In this document: positions 25,783 to 39,274 of the stretch, piece by piece
Layout of the letters: each line of letters starts with the position of its first letter
Position numbering within the stretch: the first letter of the stretch is position 1
Assembly (NCBI RefSeq): GCF_004010195.1
Contig: NC_057719.1
Location: 11,357,822-11,421,821 of the forward strand
Reading direction: 5' to 3'
Source of the DNA: Chiloscyllium plagiosum
Lineage: Eukaryota
Length of the DNA: 64,000 nt
Made by a program: the position numbers and the translations under genes
The notes under the pieces: generated by a model
What the model saw: the letters and a program-made list of their open reading frames with translations, nothing else
The model's database searches: none
What the model was told of the DNA's origin: nothing

Positions 25783-26275
25783 ATTTGGAGATGCCGGTGT
25801 TGGACTGGGGTGTACAAAGTTAAAAATCACACAACACCAGGTTATAGTCCAACAGGTTTAATTGGAAGCACACTAGCTTCCGGAGCAGCGCTCCTTCATC
25901 AGGTGATTGTGGAGGGCTCGATCGTAACACAGAATTTATAGTAAAAATTTGCAGTGTGATGAAACTGAAATTATACATTGAAAAATTGATTGTCTGTTAA
26001 GCCTTTCGTCTGTTAGAATACAGTGATAGTTCACTGATTTACACATGAAAGAAGTGAACTATCACTGTATTCTAACAGATGAAAGGCTTAACAGACAATC
26101 AATTTTTCAATGTATAATTTCAGTTACATCACACTGCAAATTTTTGCTATAAATTCTGTGTTACGATCGAGCCCTCCACAATCACCTGATGAAGGAGCGC
26201 CGCTCCGAAAGCTAGTGTGCTTCCAATTAAACCTGTTGGACTATAACCTGGTGTTGTGTGATTTTTAACTTTGTA
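25783..26275. mobile_element. PLE-derived fold-back element with 223-bp inverted arms
   Basis: Arms 25813-26035 and 26053-26275, 17-nt spacer, ~30-nt one-sided extension. Direct repeat tgtatctctgaatg at 25769-25782 and 26272-26285. Confidence 0.9.
26183..26217 (+). ncRNA. Minimal type-I hammerhead ribozyme motif (PLE), intact
   Basis: cac CTGATGA a ggagc gcc gctcc GAAA gct a gtg. Helix I cac/gtg, helix II ggagc/gctcc, palindromic helix III AGCT. Confidence 0.85.
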
Positions 26276-27444
26276 TCTCTGAATGTTTACTTCTCACGGA
26301 TAGCGATATGCAGGCAATCCCATCAAAAGACAATTGCTAAGTCATGCTTTCCATTGGTGAAAATAGCTTTCCACTTTGAGACAAAGCACATCTTTTTTAT
26401 CTGTGGTGTTAAAATGGCAAGGTTTCCTACTGGAATACATAAAGCCATTAGTTAGCAGAGTGCTGCTCACATCCCACCCCTCTCAATCATTATGTCCTAG
26501 CGTTGTTTGTCAGGGGATCTGAGCCAGCATCCAGAACCAAATACAGGTCACACCATCCTGATTTCCTCAGTGCCCTCTGCAGCTGGGAATACAGCAGCTG
26601 ACTTGAAGGCAGGATAAATATACCGCCCAGCCGCCTGAGTCCTTGGATGGAGTGCACTGATTTTTCAGCAAGTCTGGCAATTATTGTGTCACAGAATTTT
26701 GCAGCACAGGTGGTGGCCATTCAGCCCCATTGGGCCTGTGCTGTCTCTTTAGGCGAAACTTTCCTATTCATTTCGGTCCCCTGCTTTTTCTACATAGGCC
26801 TACAGATTCTTCACCTTTAGATAGTTTTCCTCTTAAATCTAATATTACTATTCAAGTCTAATGATGTCCAGACAGCAACATTCACATTTCTAGCATTCAC
26901 AGCATGCTGCTTTTGTACTGGTGAGAACTTTATGCTTTTCTTCTGTGTCTGGAGGGAGAAGAGATGGGCTTCAGTTTAATTTGCAATGTTACACCTCAAA
27001 ATGTAGAGAGACTCTCTCTCTCTCTCCCCATACTACAGTGGAGTGTCAGCATCAATTCTCGTGCTCAAACTCTGGAGCAGGACTTGAAGCTGGAACCTTG
27101 TGATTCAGGGACAATTATCCCAGACATAACAGAGCCTCTCTGCTCATACACAGAATTATAAAGCTTGGCTCTGTTTAACTGGAATCTATACTGAGGCTAG
27201 CAGAAGGTATCTGCAAAGGCTTCATTTTCACACGACCACAGACTCCTCTGAATTTGACGTAGCAGGGAATAAAGATTACACAGTAGCGTGGTTTAGAGAT
27301 ACTAATGTCAAATTTTGAGTTTTTGCATAAGTCAGCACCCAGTCAAACAAGAACTATTAGTTAATAGACGATGGTCACAGCAAAAACTAGCATTTATATT
27401 ATGCTGTTAAAGATAATAAGGATGTCCCAAAATGCTTATGGGCA

Positions 27445-27746
27445 GTTAGCACTGCTGCCTCACAGCGCCAGAGACCTGGGTTCAATTCCCGCCTCAGGCA
27501 ACTGCCTGTGTGGAGTTTGCACATTCTCCCCATGTCTGCGCGGTTTTCCTCCGGGTACTCCAGTTTCCTCCCACAGTCCAAAAATGTGCACGTTAGGTAA
27601 ATTGGCCATGCTAAATTGCCTGTAGTGTTAGGTGAAGCGGTAAATGTAGAGGGATGGGTCTGGGTGGGTTGCTCTTCGGAGGGTCGGTGTGGACTTGTTG
27701 GGCTGAAGGGCCTGTTTCCAAACTGTAAGTAATCTAATCTAATCTA
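27445..27746 (+). mobile_element. tRNA-derived SINE (HE1/V-SINE type), slightly 5'-truncated
   Basis: B box GGTTCAATTCC, central domain, (aatct)n tail. Confidence 0.88.
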
Positions 27747-28589
27747 TGCTTCGTGAAAGAATTATCAAACTCATATTTGAAATATTTTGAGCCGAGCCAT
27801 AGTAAACACCGAGGCAGGAGATCTAGAGCTTAGGCAAGAAAAAAAAGTGGGTTTTGAGAGTGACAATAAAGGAAGAAAAAGCAGTCATAGAGGTGGCAAG
27901 ATTTAGGGAGGGATTCCTTAAAATTGGGCCCTGGATAGCTGCAGGCACAGCACCAATGGCGAAACAGTGAAAACTGGGATAACAACAGAAACTAGATTTG
28001 GAAGAGTGCAAAGATCCCAGAGGACTATAGGAGTAGTTATAGAGACTATAGAGGAGACAGTAATGAGGAGACGTATGGCCATGGATGGATTTGAGAACTG
28101 CAATGAGAATTTTAAAAATTACATTGCTGCCAGGTCTGCAGTATCACATTGCATCTCAGGTTTACATTTCTTTCCTTACAAAGAACTGTTGCTGGCTACT
28201 GATAGGATGGCCATTAGTTATATCTGATTCAACACAAGGGAGTCAACCATTCCAAGACTAGAATCTAAATCTTGCTGTTTCTGAAATTGTCTGAATGACC
28301 CTCTATTACATTATAACTGAGCAAGTGTTCCCTTCATCCTATTATCCTAGTTAAAGATATTAACTTATGTATTTGCTGATATTTTTAATACTATTTTTTC
28401 TGAGCCATACAGACAACACACCATAAAGGCACATCTGCAGAGTGATGGAAAAATTCAACCTCATGTCTCTCTATTATTCATCTCCTCACGCATCGGCTAC
28501 TTTGTTTTTACATTTATGCTGGAAGAAGGTTACTTTTCCAATCTGCCAAAGCAAGGAATCTTCCACTGTGCCCAAGTGAGATGCCCAGC

Positions 28590-28948
28590 TGTGTACGGTT
28601 TTAGTGTCCTTACTTGAGAAAGGATGTGCTGGACTGGAGGGGACGCAGAGGAGGTTCACTGGGTTGATTCCAGACATGAGGCGGTTGGCTTATTAGGAGA
28701 GATTGAGTAGACTGAGATTATACTCATTGGAATTTAGAGGAACAAGGGGCCATCTTAAAGAAACATATACAATTATGAAGGGAATAGATAAGGTAGAAGC
28801 AGGGAGGTTGTTTGCACTGGTGGGTGAAACTAGAACTAGGGAGCATAGCCTGTAAATAAAGAGCAGATTTTGGACTGAGGTGAGGAGGACCATCTTCATT
28901 CAAAAGGTTGTGAAACTGTGGAATTCCCTGCCCAGTGAAACAGTTGAG
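28590..28948 (+). mobile_element. CR1 3' fragment abutting the long PLE
   Basis: gaggaggttcact...tactcattggaatttaga...tgtggaattccct. Confidence 0.75.
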
Positions 28949-28950
28949 AC

Positions 28951-31380
28951 AAAAAAAAAACTACAGATGCTGGAATCCAAAGTGGACAGGCAAGAGGCTG
29001 GAAGAACGCAGCAAGCCAGGCAGCATCAGGAGGCGGAGAAGTCGACATTTCGGGTGTAACCCTTCTTCAGCACTGGGGGTGGGTGTAGCGGGAGCTGCAG
29101 ATAAAGGGGGTGGTGGGGACAGGGTGGTGAAGTGTGGATAAGTGAAGACAGGTAGAGGGTATGACCTGGTTGGTCAAAGGGAGGAATGAATCTGGTTGGT
29201 GGCAGGGGGGAAATGGAAAGGAGGGGAAGGGGCTGGAAGGGAGGTTATTTGAACGTGGCGTTACCGTGCTATAGACTGCCCAGGTGGAAGATGAATTGTT
29301 GCTCCTCTAATGAGTGTTTTGGTTCTTTGCTGCAATGGAGGGGCCTGGCTGAAACGATCGGCGAACCATTCCCTGAGTTTATGTTTGGTGTCCCCGATGT
29401 AGAGACGACCACACTGGACACAGTAAACTAGGTTGGATGAGAGGCAGGTGAACCTCTGTCTCACCTAGAAGGACTGCTTGGGGTCCTGGATGGAGGTGAG
29501 GGGGGGTGATGCGCCGACAGGTTTTACATCTTTTCCGGTTGCAGGGGAAGGTATTTTGGGGTTTGGGGGGATTGGTAGGAAGAGTGGTGCAAACCATGGA
29601 CTGTTGAAGGGAACAGTTCTTGCAGAAGGCAGAGAGGGGTGTGGAGGGGAAAATATTGGCATTGGGGTCTAGTTGGAGTTGACAAAAGTGTTTAAGGATG
29701 ATGCATTGGATGTGGAGACTGTTGGGGTGGTAGGTGAGGACAAGGGTATTCTGTCTTTATTGCAGTTGTGAGGGGGTGTGGTTTAGAGCAGTGGAACAGG
29801 AAATGGAAGTGATGCGGCAGAGGGCTGTCTGGATGACAGAGGGATGGAAAGCATGTTGTTCGAAATCTGGGATGCTCGCGAGTGGAATGTCTCCTCAACC
29901 GAGCAAATGTGGCAGAGACAGAGGAATTGTGAGAATGGGATGCCGTTCTTGCAGGATACTGAATGGGAGGAGGTGTAGCCCAGGTAGTTATGGGAGTCTG
30001 GGGTTTGTAATAAACATCCGTCTAAAGACTGTCATCGGGGATGGAAACGGAGAGGTCAAGAAAGGGGAACGAGATGGACCAAGTGAATTTGAGGGCGCAG
30101 TGGAAGTTGTGGGCGAAGTCGATGAATTGCTCCAGTACAGCCTGAGTGCAGGACGCTGCATCGATGCAGTCATCAATGTAACAGCTGAAGAGTTGGAGCA
30201 CAGCGCCTGTATAAGTACTGAAGAGGGACTATTCAACATAGCCGACAAAGAGGCAGTGTAGCTGGGGCCCATCCGGTGCCCATGGTCACCTCCTGCATTT
30301 GAAGGAAATGGGAGGAGTTGAAGGAAATGTTGTTGAGGGTGAGGACCAGTTCGGTGAGGCGAAGGAGGGTATGGCTGGAGGGGTCTGGATGGGTCTGTTG
30401 GAGAGGAAGAAGCTGAGGGCCTGGAGGCCATCCTTGTGGGGTATGGACGTGTATAAGGACTGCATGTCCATAGTGAAGATAAAGCGCTGGCGGCCAGGGA
30501 ACTGAAAGTTGCTGAAGAGATGGAGGGCATGGTTGGTGTTGTGGATGTAGGTGGGAAGTGGTTGAACCAAGGGGGAGAGGATAGAGTCGAGGTAGGAGAT
30601 GGGTTTGGTGGGGCAGGAACATGCTGAGACGTTGGGTTGGTCAGGGTAGTTGGACTTGTGGATCTTGGGGAGCAGGTAGAACTGGGCAATGCAGGGCTGG
30701 GGGACTATGAGTTTGGCGGCAGTGGAGGGGAGATCACCAGAGTCAATGAGGGCACGGACAATGCGAGTGATTTTGGCATAATGGGTCGTGGGCAAGGGGG
30801 AGGTTGGATGTGGTGTCGGAGGGTTAGTGTTTGGTCTCTGTGACATAGAGGCCCGTTGTCCAGACTATCACCGCCCGCCTTTGTCAGCAGGTTTGATGGT
30901 GAACCGAGGGTTAGTGCGGAGAGAGTGCAGCGTTGCACATTTGGAAGGGGTGAGGTTGAAGTGGGTGAGAGGGGTGGAGAAATTGAGGCGCCAATGCCAT
31001 GTCAGAAATCTGCAATGAAGAGGTCTAGGTGGGTACAATGTCAGCGGGGGATGACCAAGTGGAGAAGCAAGGTTGGAGCCAGGAGGAGGGGTCCTCAGAG
31101 GGAGGTTGAGAGTTTTTGTCAAAGAAGAAGGCACGGAAGCGGAAGCGGCAGAAGAAGAGCTCCATGTCATGGTGGGTCCAGAATTCATTGAGGTGGGGGG
31201 GCAGAGTGGTATGAACATGAGCCCTTTCCTGAGGACAGGCCGTTCAGCTTCAAAGAGTTTGAGATAATGTAGGATAGTAAATACATGGCAAGGCTCAGGG
31301 TTGGGGTTTTGGGGTGGGGGGTCCCGAGGTGGCTGATGGAGGGGATGGTGGTAGGGTGAAGTGGGTGAGGAAAATCCTCT
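28951..31380 (-). mobile_element. Penelope-like retroelement (probably Neptune-type), near full-length and frameshifted: RT, Cys-rich linker, GIY-YIG endonuclease, pLTR
   Basis: Minus-strand fragments include IKPADKGG, FYLLPKIHK and FTMDMQSLYTSIPH (PLE RT), PCNRKRCKTC (linker) and FTCLSSNLVYCVQCGRLYIGDTKHKLREWF (GIY-YIG). A hammerhead-bearing terminus follows. Confidence 0.88.
29040..29074 (-). ncRNA. Hammerhead motif in the pLTR of the long PLE copy, decayed
   Basis: Minus strand reads agtg CTGAAGA a gggt tac accc GAAA tgt c gact. Confidence 0.65.
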
Positions 31381-31710
31381 GCAACAACAGCCCGTAATGT
31401 TGTTCATAATCAAAACCACCATTCCCCTTCCTCTCTCTCCTCCCTTTCCATTCTTCCCATAACATCCATACCCCAAAACATTAATCTGTCAGTTCTGTTC
31501 TCCCCCCGCAAACATTTTTTCTGTAATAGTTATGATATCCCAATTCCATGTTGCCATCCATGCCGAGTTCATTTGCCAACCTGTCAGTCCTCTTGCAATT
31601 AAACAAATGCAATTTAATTCATCAGTCTTACTTTGTTTTCTACCATGTTGTTGCCCATCTTACACAAAAACATAGAAGATAGGAGCAGGAGGAGGCCATT
31701 CAGCCCTTCC

Positions 31711-32350
31711 TAAGACCATAAGACCATAAGACATAGGAGCGGAAGTAAGGCCATTCAGCCCATCGAGTCCACTCCGCCATTCAATCATGGCTGATGGGCA
31801 TTTCAACTCCACTTACTCGCATTCTCCCCGTAGCCCTTAATTCCTTATGACATCAAGAATTTATCAATTTCTGCCTTGAAGACATTTAGCGTCCCAGCCT
31901 CCACTGCACTCTGTGGTAATGAATTCCACAGGCCCTCCACTCTCTGGCTGAAGAAATGTCTCCGCATTTCTGTTCTGAATTTACCCCCTCTAATTCTAAG
32001 GCTGTGTCCACGGGTCCTAGTCTCCTCGCCTAACAGAAACAATTTCCTCGCGTCCAGCCTCTCCAAGCCATGTATTATCTTGTAAGTTTCTATTAGATCT
32101 CCCCTTAATCTTCTAAACTCCAATGAATATAATGCCAGGAACCTCAGCCGTTCCTCATATGTTAGACCAACCATTCCAGGGATCATCCGTGTGAATCTCC
32201 GCTGGACACACTCCAGTGCCAGTATGTCCTTCCTGAGGTGTGGGGACCAAAACTAGACACAGTACTCCAAATGGGGCCTAACCAGAGCTTTATAAAGTCT
32301 CAGTAGCACAACAGTGCTTTTATATTCCAACCCTCTTGAGATAAATGACA
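31711..32350 (-). mobile_element. Young CR1 3' end
   Basis: ORF MIPGMVGLTYEERL...LRGDLIETYKII; (taagacca)n tail. Confidence 0.88.
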
Positions 32351-33802
32351 AAACAAATTGCACTGTCAACGCACCTGCACCCAGAGGACTGAAATGGTCC
32401 AAAGCAGGTTCTCAACTGTAATTAAAGATGGCCAATAAGTACTGGTCTACTCAGCAATACCCTCATCTCATGAAAGAATGAAAAAAAATAAATTAAAGTG
32501 CACTTCTGACCAAGCATTAAATTGACTGCTTCCCCTTAACTACTTTTGGACTAAAACCCATTTGTCTGGGGTATGTGCTGGTAAAATACATAAAATGTAT
32601 CATGATTGGGTAAGATTGAAAGAGGAGAGCTTTCATATTCTATTTATTTCCAATCACTTGCTTGTTTCTCATATGCCTAGGGCAAAGTACAAAGTGATTT
32701 TTTTTCCCCAGAGTCATAAAACCAAGGGACCAACTTATGAACTCCTGATTCTTCCAATATTCCTGCTATTTAAATCCACAGCAACTGTACATACATCAAC
32801 AACAATACGTTATATGCATCCATTGAGCTTTGACTTTTGCATGCAAACAAAATGTTGGATTTCCGAGGCCCATCTTGTACCAACTCTTGGCAACATGAAA
32901 TGTTGATGGATGGTAACTGTGTGTGAAGACAGTAGCAACTACCATGACCAACTTCTTTTGCCAAAAATTGAGACAGGAGAAGTCAATGCTATCATTTTTA
33001 TACTCCATCCAATATCGTATTTGTCCAAAAGACTAGCAAGTGGAACAATAGCAACAGTGATCAAACCATCTGGGCAGGATGATCTAATTTATAAAATATT
33101 TCAGGGGATTAGCTCGGTACACTCCAATCAAAACACTACTGTGGATTCACGGATGCAAAGACAGAAACAACTTATCAGCATTCACAGCTCGTTGCTTTAC
33201 TTTACTGAGGTAGTGTCCCTTATGTAGAAGCATATCGATGGTGCTTTACGTAGGTGTGAGAAAACCTGAAGCCTGATACATAATTCCCATTCCCGAAGCT
33301 AGAAGAGCTCCACAATAGTGTGTAGGCATACGGCTCGGGGTTCAATTTTCTATGAAAACTTCTATAACTAATGCTTCAGATAGCATTTGAAAAAAAAGGT
33401 TGTAAAACGCAACATAAAATTGCAGGTTCTGTATCCCGATTTAAGGAGTGACGTAAATGGCCTAGAAGAGATGTACCAGATTGACACCTGGAACGAGTGG
33501 GTTGTTTCATGAGGAAGGGTTAGATAGGATGAAACTGGTTTTAGCAGAGTGCAGGTTGATTTGATTGAAGTGTATAAGATCCTGACAAAGTAGGTGTTGA
33601 AAGGATGTTCTCTCTTCTGGGACAGTTCAGAATATGGGATCACTGACAAAAAGTTAAGTCAGAGAGGAGAGAACTTTTTTTTCCTCAAGAGGCATGTGTA
33701 ACTTTGGAATTCCCTGCCTGAAAAGGCAGTGAAGGTGGGATCAGCGAATAGTTTTGTGGCAGCGGGTGCTTTTCCTGTTAGTGTCCTAGGCTCAATCTTA
33801 AT

Positions 33803-34517
33803 NNNNNNNNNNNNNNNNNNNNNNNNNNNNNNNNNNNNNNNNNNNNNNNNNNNNNNNNNNNNNNNNNNNNNNNNNNNNNNNNNNNNNNNNNNNNNNNNNN
33901 NNNNNNNNNNNNNNNNNNNNNNNNNNNNNNNNNNNNNNNNNNNNNNNNNNNNNNNNNNNNNNNNNNNNNNNNNNNNNNNNNNNNNNNNNNNNNNNNNNNN
34001 NNNNNNNNNNNNNNNNNNNNNNNNNNNNNNNNNNNNNNNNNNNNNNNNNNNNNNNNNNNNNNNNNNNNNNNNNNNNNNNNNNNNNNNNNNNNNNNNNNNN
34101 NNNNNNNNNNNNNNNNNNNNNNNNNNNNNNNNNNNNNNNNNNNNNNNNNNNNNNNNNNNNNNNNNNNNNNNNNNNNNNNNNNNNNNNNNNNNNNNNNNNN
34201 NNNNNNNNNNNNNNNNNNNNNNNNNNNNNNNNNNNNNNNNNNNNNNNNNNNNNNNNNNNNNNNNNNNNNNNNNNNNNNNNNNNNNNNNNNNNNNNNNNNN
34301 NNNNNNNNNNNNNNNNNNNNNNNNNNNNNNNNNNNNNNNNNNNNNNNNNNNNNNNNNNNNNNNNNNNNNNNNNNNNNNNNNNNNNNNNNNNNNNNNNNNN
34401 NNNNNNNNNNNNNNNNNNNNNNNNNNNNNNNNNNNNNNNNNNNNNNNNNNNNNNNNNNNNNNNNNNNNNNNNNNNNNNNNNNNNNNNNNNNNNNNNNNNN
34501 NNNNNNNNNNNNNNNNN
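33803..34517. other. Assembly gap
   Basis: Run of N. Confidence 1.
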
Positions 34518-34519
34518 TT

Positions 34520-35140
34520 AACTGTAACACCATTACATCTGATTTTGCCTTCTCTCTTTCAAATTGCAGACTGAACTCTACCATATTATGATTGTTGCTT
34601 CCTAAGTGTTCCCTTACTTTAAGATTTTTTTATAAAGTCTGGTTCATTACATAGAACTAGGTCCAGGATAGCCTGCTCCCTTGTGGGCTCCATGACAAGC
34701 TGTTCCAAAAAGCCATCCTGTAAGCATTCCATGAATTCCCTTTCTTTGGATCCATTTGCAACATTATTTACCCAGTCCACCTGCATATTGAAGTCTCCCG
34801 TGATCACTGTGACCTTGCCTTTCTGACATGCCTTCTCTATTTCCCAGTACATGTTGCGCCCCTGGCCCTGACCACTGTTAGGAGGTGTTACCTAACTCCC
34901 ACTATGGTGTTTTTTTTGCCTTTGTGGTTCCTCAATTCCACCCACACAGACTCCACATCATCCGACGCTATGTCATTCAGCACCATAGATTTAATTTTGT
35001 TCTTAACTAACAAGGCAACCCCGCCCCCTCTGCCCACCTCCCTGTCTTTTCGATAAGTTGAAAACCCTTGGATGTTTAACTGCCAGTCCTGACCCCCCTG
35101 TAACCACGTCTCTGTGATGCCTATCACATCATAATCATAA
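34520..35140 (-). mobile_element. CR1 endonuclease fragment
   Basis: IGITETWL, GGGVALLVK, GDFN and ILDLVL. Confidence 0.85.
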
Positions 35141-35335
35141 TCATTCCTGCTGAGCTATTCATCACGATCATGACTGACCTCCAACTCAATAGCCTAATCC
35201 TGCTTTCTCCCATTTGATCCTTTGATCCCATTCGCCCCCAAGTGCTATATCTAACCACCTCTTTAAGACATTCAATGTTTTGACATCAACTGCTTTCTGC
35301 GGTAATGAATTTTACAGGCTCACTGCTCTTTGGGA

Positions 35336-38300
35336 GAGCAAAAATGGCCTTTAGTAGAGTGATATGCAGTTCTTGTCAGATGTGGGTGTTTAAAGAGAGT
35401 TTAAGGGTTACTGCGGGTTATATCTGCAATAAATGCTGTTGGTTGCGAATCCTATCAGATCGAATGGATCGGTTGGACAGACAGTTAGAGGCAATGACGA
35501 ATTTGCACAGCAACAGTATGTGATGGATGGCAGTTATAGGAAGAGTATGTGGGGTGAAGTCTCAGATACAATCACGTAGCTGGGTTAACTCCGGGAAAGG
35601 TAAGAGAGGTGGGCAGCTAGTGCAGGAGTCTTCTTTGGCTATCTCCATGTCAAACAAGTATGCTGTTTTGGAAAATGTAGAGGGTGATCAATTCACAGGG
35701 GAACGTAGCACGAACAGCCAAGTTTCTGCTATTGAGACTGGCTCTAATGCAATGAGGGGTACATTGGGTTCCAATAGATCAATTGTGTTAGGGGACTCTC
35801 TAGTCCGGGGTACAGACAGATGTTTGTGGCCAGCAGTGAAAAATTAGAATGGTGTGTTGCTTCCCTGGTGCTAGGATCAAGGAAGTCTCAGAGAGGGTGC
35901 AGAATGTTCTCACAGGGGAGAGGGGCCAGCAGGAGGTCATTGTACACACTGGAACCAATGACATAGGGAGGGAGAAGGTTGAGATTCTGAAGGGAGATGA
36001 CAGAGAGTTAGGCAGGAATTTAAAAAGGAGGTCCTCGAGAGTAGTCATATCTAGAATACTCCTAGTGCTACGAGCTAGTGAGGGCAGGAATAGGAGGATA
36101 TAGCAGATGAATGCATGGGCGAGGAGCTGTTGTATGGGAGAAGGATTCACATTTTTGGATCATTGGAATCTCTTTTGGGGTAGAAGTGACCTGCACAAGA
36201 AGGACAGATTGCACCTAAATTGGAAGGGGACTAATATACTGGCAGGGAAACTTGCTAGAACCGCTTGGGAGGAAATAAACTAGTAAGGTGGGGGGGGGTA
36301 GGACCTAGTGAGATAGTGAGGAAAGAGATCAATCTGACAGTGGTACATGGCTCAGGGATGGGCAGGACTGGCAGCTTAATGTTCCAGGAAGGATAGAAAG
36401 GGAGGCAAGAGAGGAGGAGGAGGAGTGGCATTTTTGATAAGGGGTATCATTACAGCTGTACTGAAGGAGGACATTCCTGGAAATACATCCAGGGAAGTTA
36501 TTTGGGTAGAACTGAGAAATAAGAAAGGGATGATTACCTTATTGGGATATTATAGACCCCCTAATAGTCAGAGGGAAATTGAGAAACAAACATGTAAGGA
36601 GATCTCAGCTATCTGTAAGAATAATAGGGTGGTTATGGTAGGGGATTTTAACTTTCTAAACATAAACCGGGACTGTCACAGTGTTAAAGGTTTAGATGGA
36701 GAGGAATTTGTTGAGTGTGTACAAGAAAATTTTCTGATTCAATATGTGAATGTACCTAGAGAAGGTGCAAAACTTGACCTACTCTGAGGAAATAGGCAGG
36801 GCAGGTGACTGAGGTGTCAGTGGGGGAACACTTTGGGGCCAGTGACCATAATTCTTAGATTTAAAATAGTGATGGAAAAGGATAGACCTGATTTAAAAGT
36901 TGAAGTTCTAAATTGGAGAAAGGCCAATTTTGATGGTATTAGGCCAGAACTTTCAAAAGCTGATTGGGTGCAAATGTTCGCAGGTAAAGGGACGGCTGGA
37001 AAATGGGAAGCCTTCAGGAATGAGATAATGAGAATACAGAGAAAGTGTATTCCTGTTAGGGTGAAAGGAAAGGCTGGTAGGTATAGGGAATGCTGGATGA
37101 CTAAAGAAATTGAGGGCTTGGTTAAGAAAAAGAAGGAAGCATATGTCAGGTATAGACAGGATAGATCGAGTGAATCCTTAGAAGAGTATAAAGGCGGTAA
37201 GAGGGAAATCAGGAGGGCAAAAAGGGGACATGAGATAGCTTTGGCAAATAGAATTAAGGAGAATCCAAAGAGTTTTTACAAATACATTAAGGACAAAAGG
37301 GTAACTAGGGAGAGAATAGGGCCCCTAAAAGATCAGCAAGGCAGCCTATGTGTGGAGCCGCAGAAAATGGGGTAAATACTAAATGAGTATTTTGCATCAG
37401 TATTTACTATGGGAAAGGATATGGAAGAATATAGAATGTAGGGAAATAAATGGTGACACCTTGAAAAATGTCCATATAACAGTGGAGGAAGTGCTGGATG
37501 TCTTGAAACGCATAAAGGTGAATAAATCCCCAGGATCTGATCAGGTGTATCCTAGAGCTCTGTGGGAAGCTAGTGAAGTGATTGCTGGGCCTCTTGCTGA
37601 GATATTTACATCATCGATAGTCACAGGTGAGGTGCCGAAAGACTGGAGGTTGGCTAATGTGGTGCCACTGTTTAAGAAAGATAGTAAGGACAAGCCAAGG
37701 AACTATAGACCAGTGAGCCTGACGTCAGTGGTGGGCAAGTTGTTGGAGGGAATCCTGAGGGACAGAATGTACATATATTTGGAAAGGCAAGGACTGATTA
37801 GGGATAGTCAACATGCCTTGTGTGTGGGAAATCATGTCTCACAAACTTGATTGAGTTTTTTGAAGAAGTAACAAAGAGGATTGATGATGGCAGAGTGGTA
37901 GATGTGATCTGTACGGACTTCAGTAAAGCATTAAACAAGGTTCCCCATGGGAGATTTGTTAGCAAGGTTAGATCTCACGGAATACAGAGAACTAGCCATT
38001 TGGATACAGGACTGGCTCAAAGGAAGAAGACAGAGGGTGGTGATGGAGGGTTGTTTTTCAGACTGGAGGCCTGTGACCAGTGGAGTGCCACACGGACCGG
38101 TGCTGGGTCTTCTACTTTTTGTCATTTATATAAATGATTTGGATGCAAGCATAAGAGTTAGTAAATTTGCAGATGACACCAAAATTGACAGCTACCTCAG
38201 ATTACAACAGGATCTTGACTAGATGGGCCAATGGGCTGAGAAGTGGCAGATGGAGTTTAATTCAGATAAATGCGAGGTGCTGCATTTTGGAAAAGCAAAT

Positions 38301-39057
38301 CTTAGCAGGAGTTGTACACTTAATGATAAGGTCCTAGGGAGTGCTGCTGAACAGAGACACCTTGGAGTGCAGGTTCATAGCTCCTTGAAAGTGGAGTCGC
38401 AGGTAGATAGGATAGTGAAGAAGGCGTTTGGCATACTTTCCTTTATTGGTCAGAGTATTGAGTACAGGAGTTGGGAGGTAATGCTGCTGCTGTATGGGAC
38501 ATTGGTTAGGTCGCAGTTGAAATACTGCGTGCAATTCTGGTCTCTTTCCGATTGGAAAGATGTTGTGAAACTTGAAAGGTTTCAGAAAAGATTTACAAAG
38601 ATGTTGCCAGGGTTGGAGGATTTGAGCTATAGGGAGATGCTGAACAGGTTGGGGCTGTTTTTCCTGGAGCATTGGAGGCTGAGGGGTGACTTTATAGAGG
38701 TTTACAAAATTATGAGGGGCATGGATAGAGTAAATAGACAAAGTCTTTTCCCTGGGGTCGGGGAGTCCACAGCTAGAGGGCATAGGTTTCGGGTGAGAGG
38801 GCAAAGATATAAAAGAGACCTATGGGGCAACCTTTTCACACAGAGGGTGATACATGTATGGAATGAGCTGCCAGAGGAAGTGTGGAGGCTGGTACAATTG
38901 CAACATTTAAGAGGCGTTTGGATGGTATATGAATAGGAAGGGTTTGGAGGGATATGGGCCGGGTGCTGGCAGGTGGGATTGGGTTAGGATATCTGGTCGG
39001 CATGGACGGGTTGGACCAAAGGGTCTGTTTCTATGCTGTACCTCTCTTGACTCTATA
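35336..39057 (+). mobile_element. CR1 (HER1-like) LINE, near full-length and decayed, nested in a minus-strand CR1
   Basis: ORF1 ICSSCQMW...YICNKC, GDSLVRG, VHTGTND; ORF2 [24 protein letters not shown]; gactctat tail. Confidence 0.92.
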
Positions 39058-39274
39058 ACCAAATGTCTCCTCATCTCTGTCCTAAATGATCTACCCCAAA
39101 TCTACAGACGGTGACCCCTGGTTTTAGACACATCCATTATCGGGAACATCCTTCCTCCATCTACCCTGTCTAGTCATGTTAGAAATTTATAGTCACTATA
39201 AGATCCCCTCTCATTCGTCTGAACCACAGAGAAAACTATCCTAACCTAGTCAATCTATCCTCATACATCAATCC

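Noticed and set aside
25783..26275. MITE or DNA transposon with terminal inverted repeats
   Set aside because: Asymmetric arms, variable 9-15 bp TSDs across related copies, hammerhead motifs and the shared architecture with GIY-YIG-linked termini fit PLE inverted pLTRs better.
29734..31267. Plus-strand ORFs of 60-175 aa
   Set aside because: Antisense shadows of the minus-strand PLE coding region.
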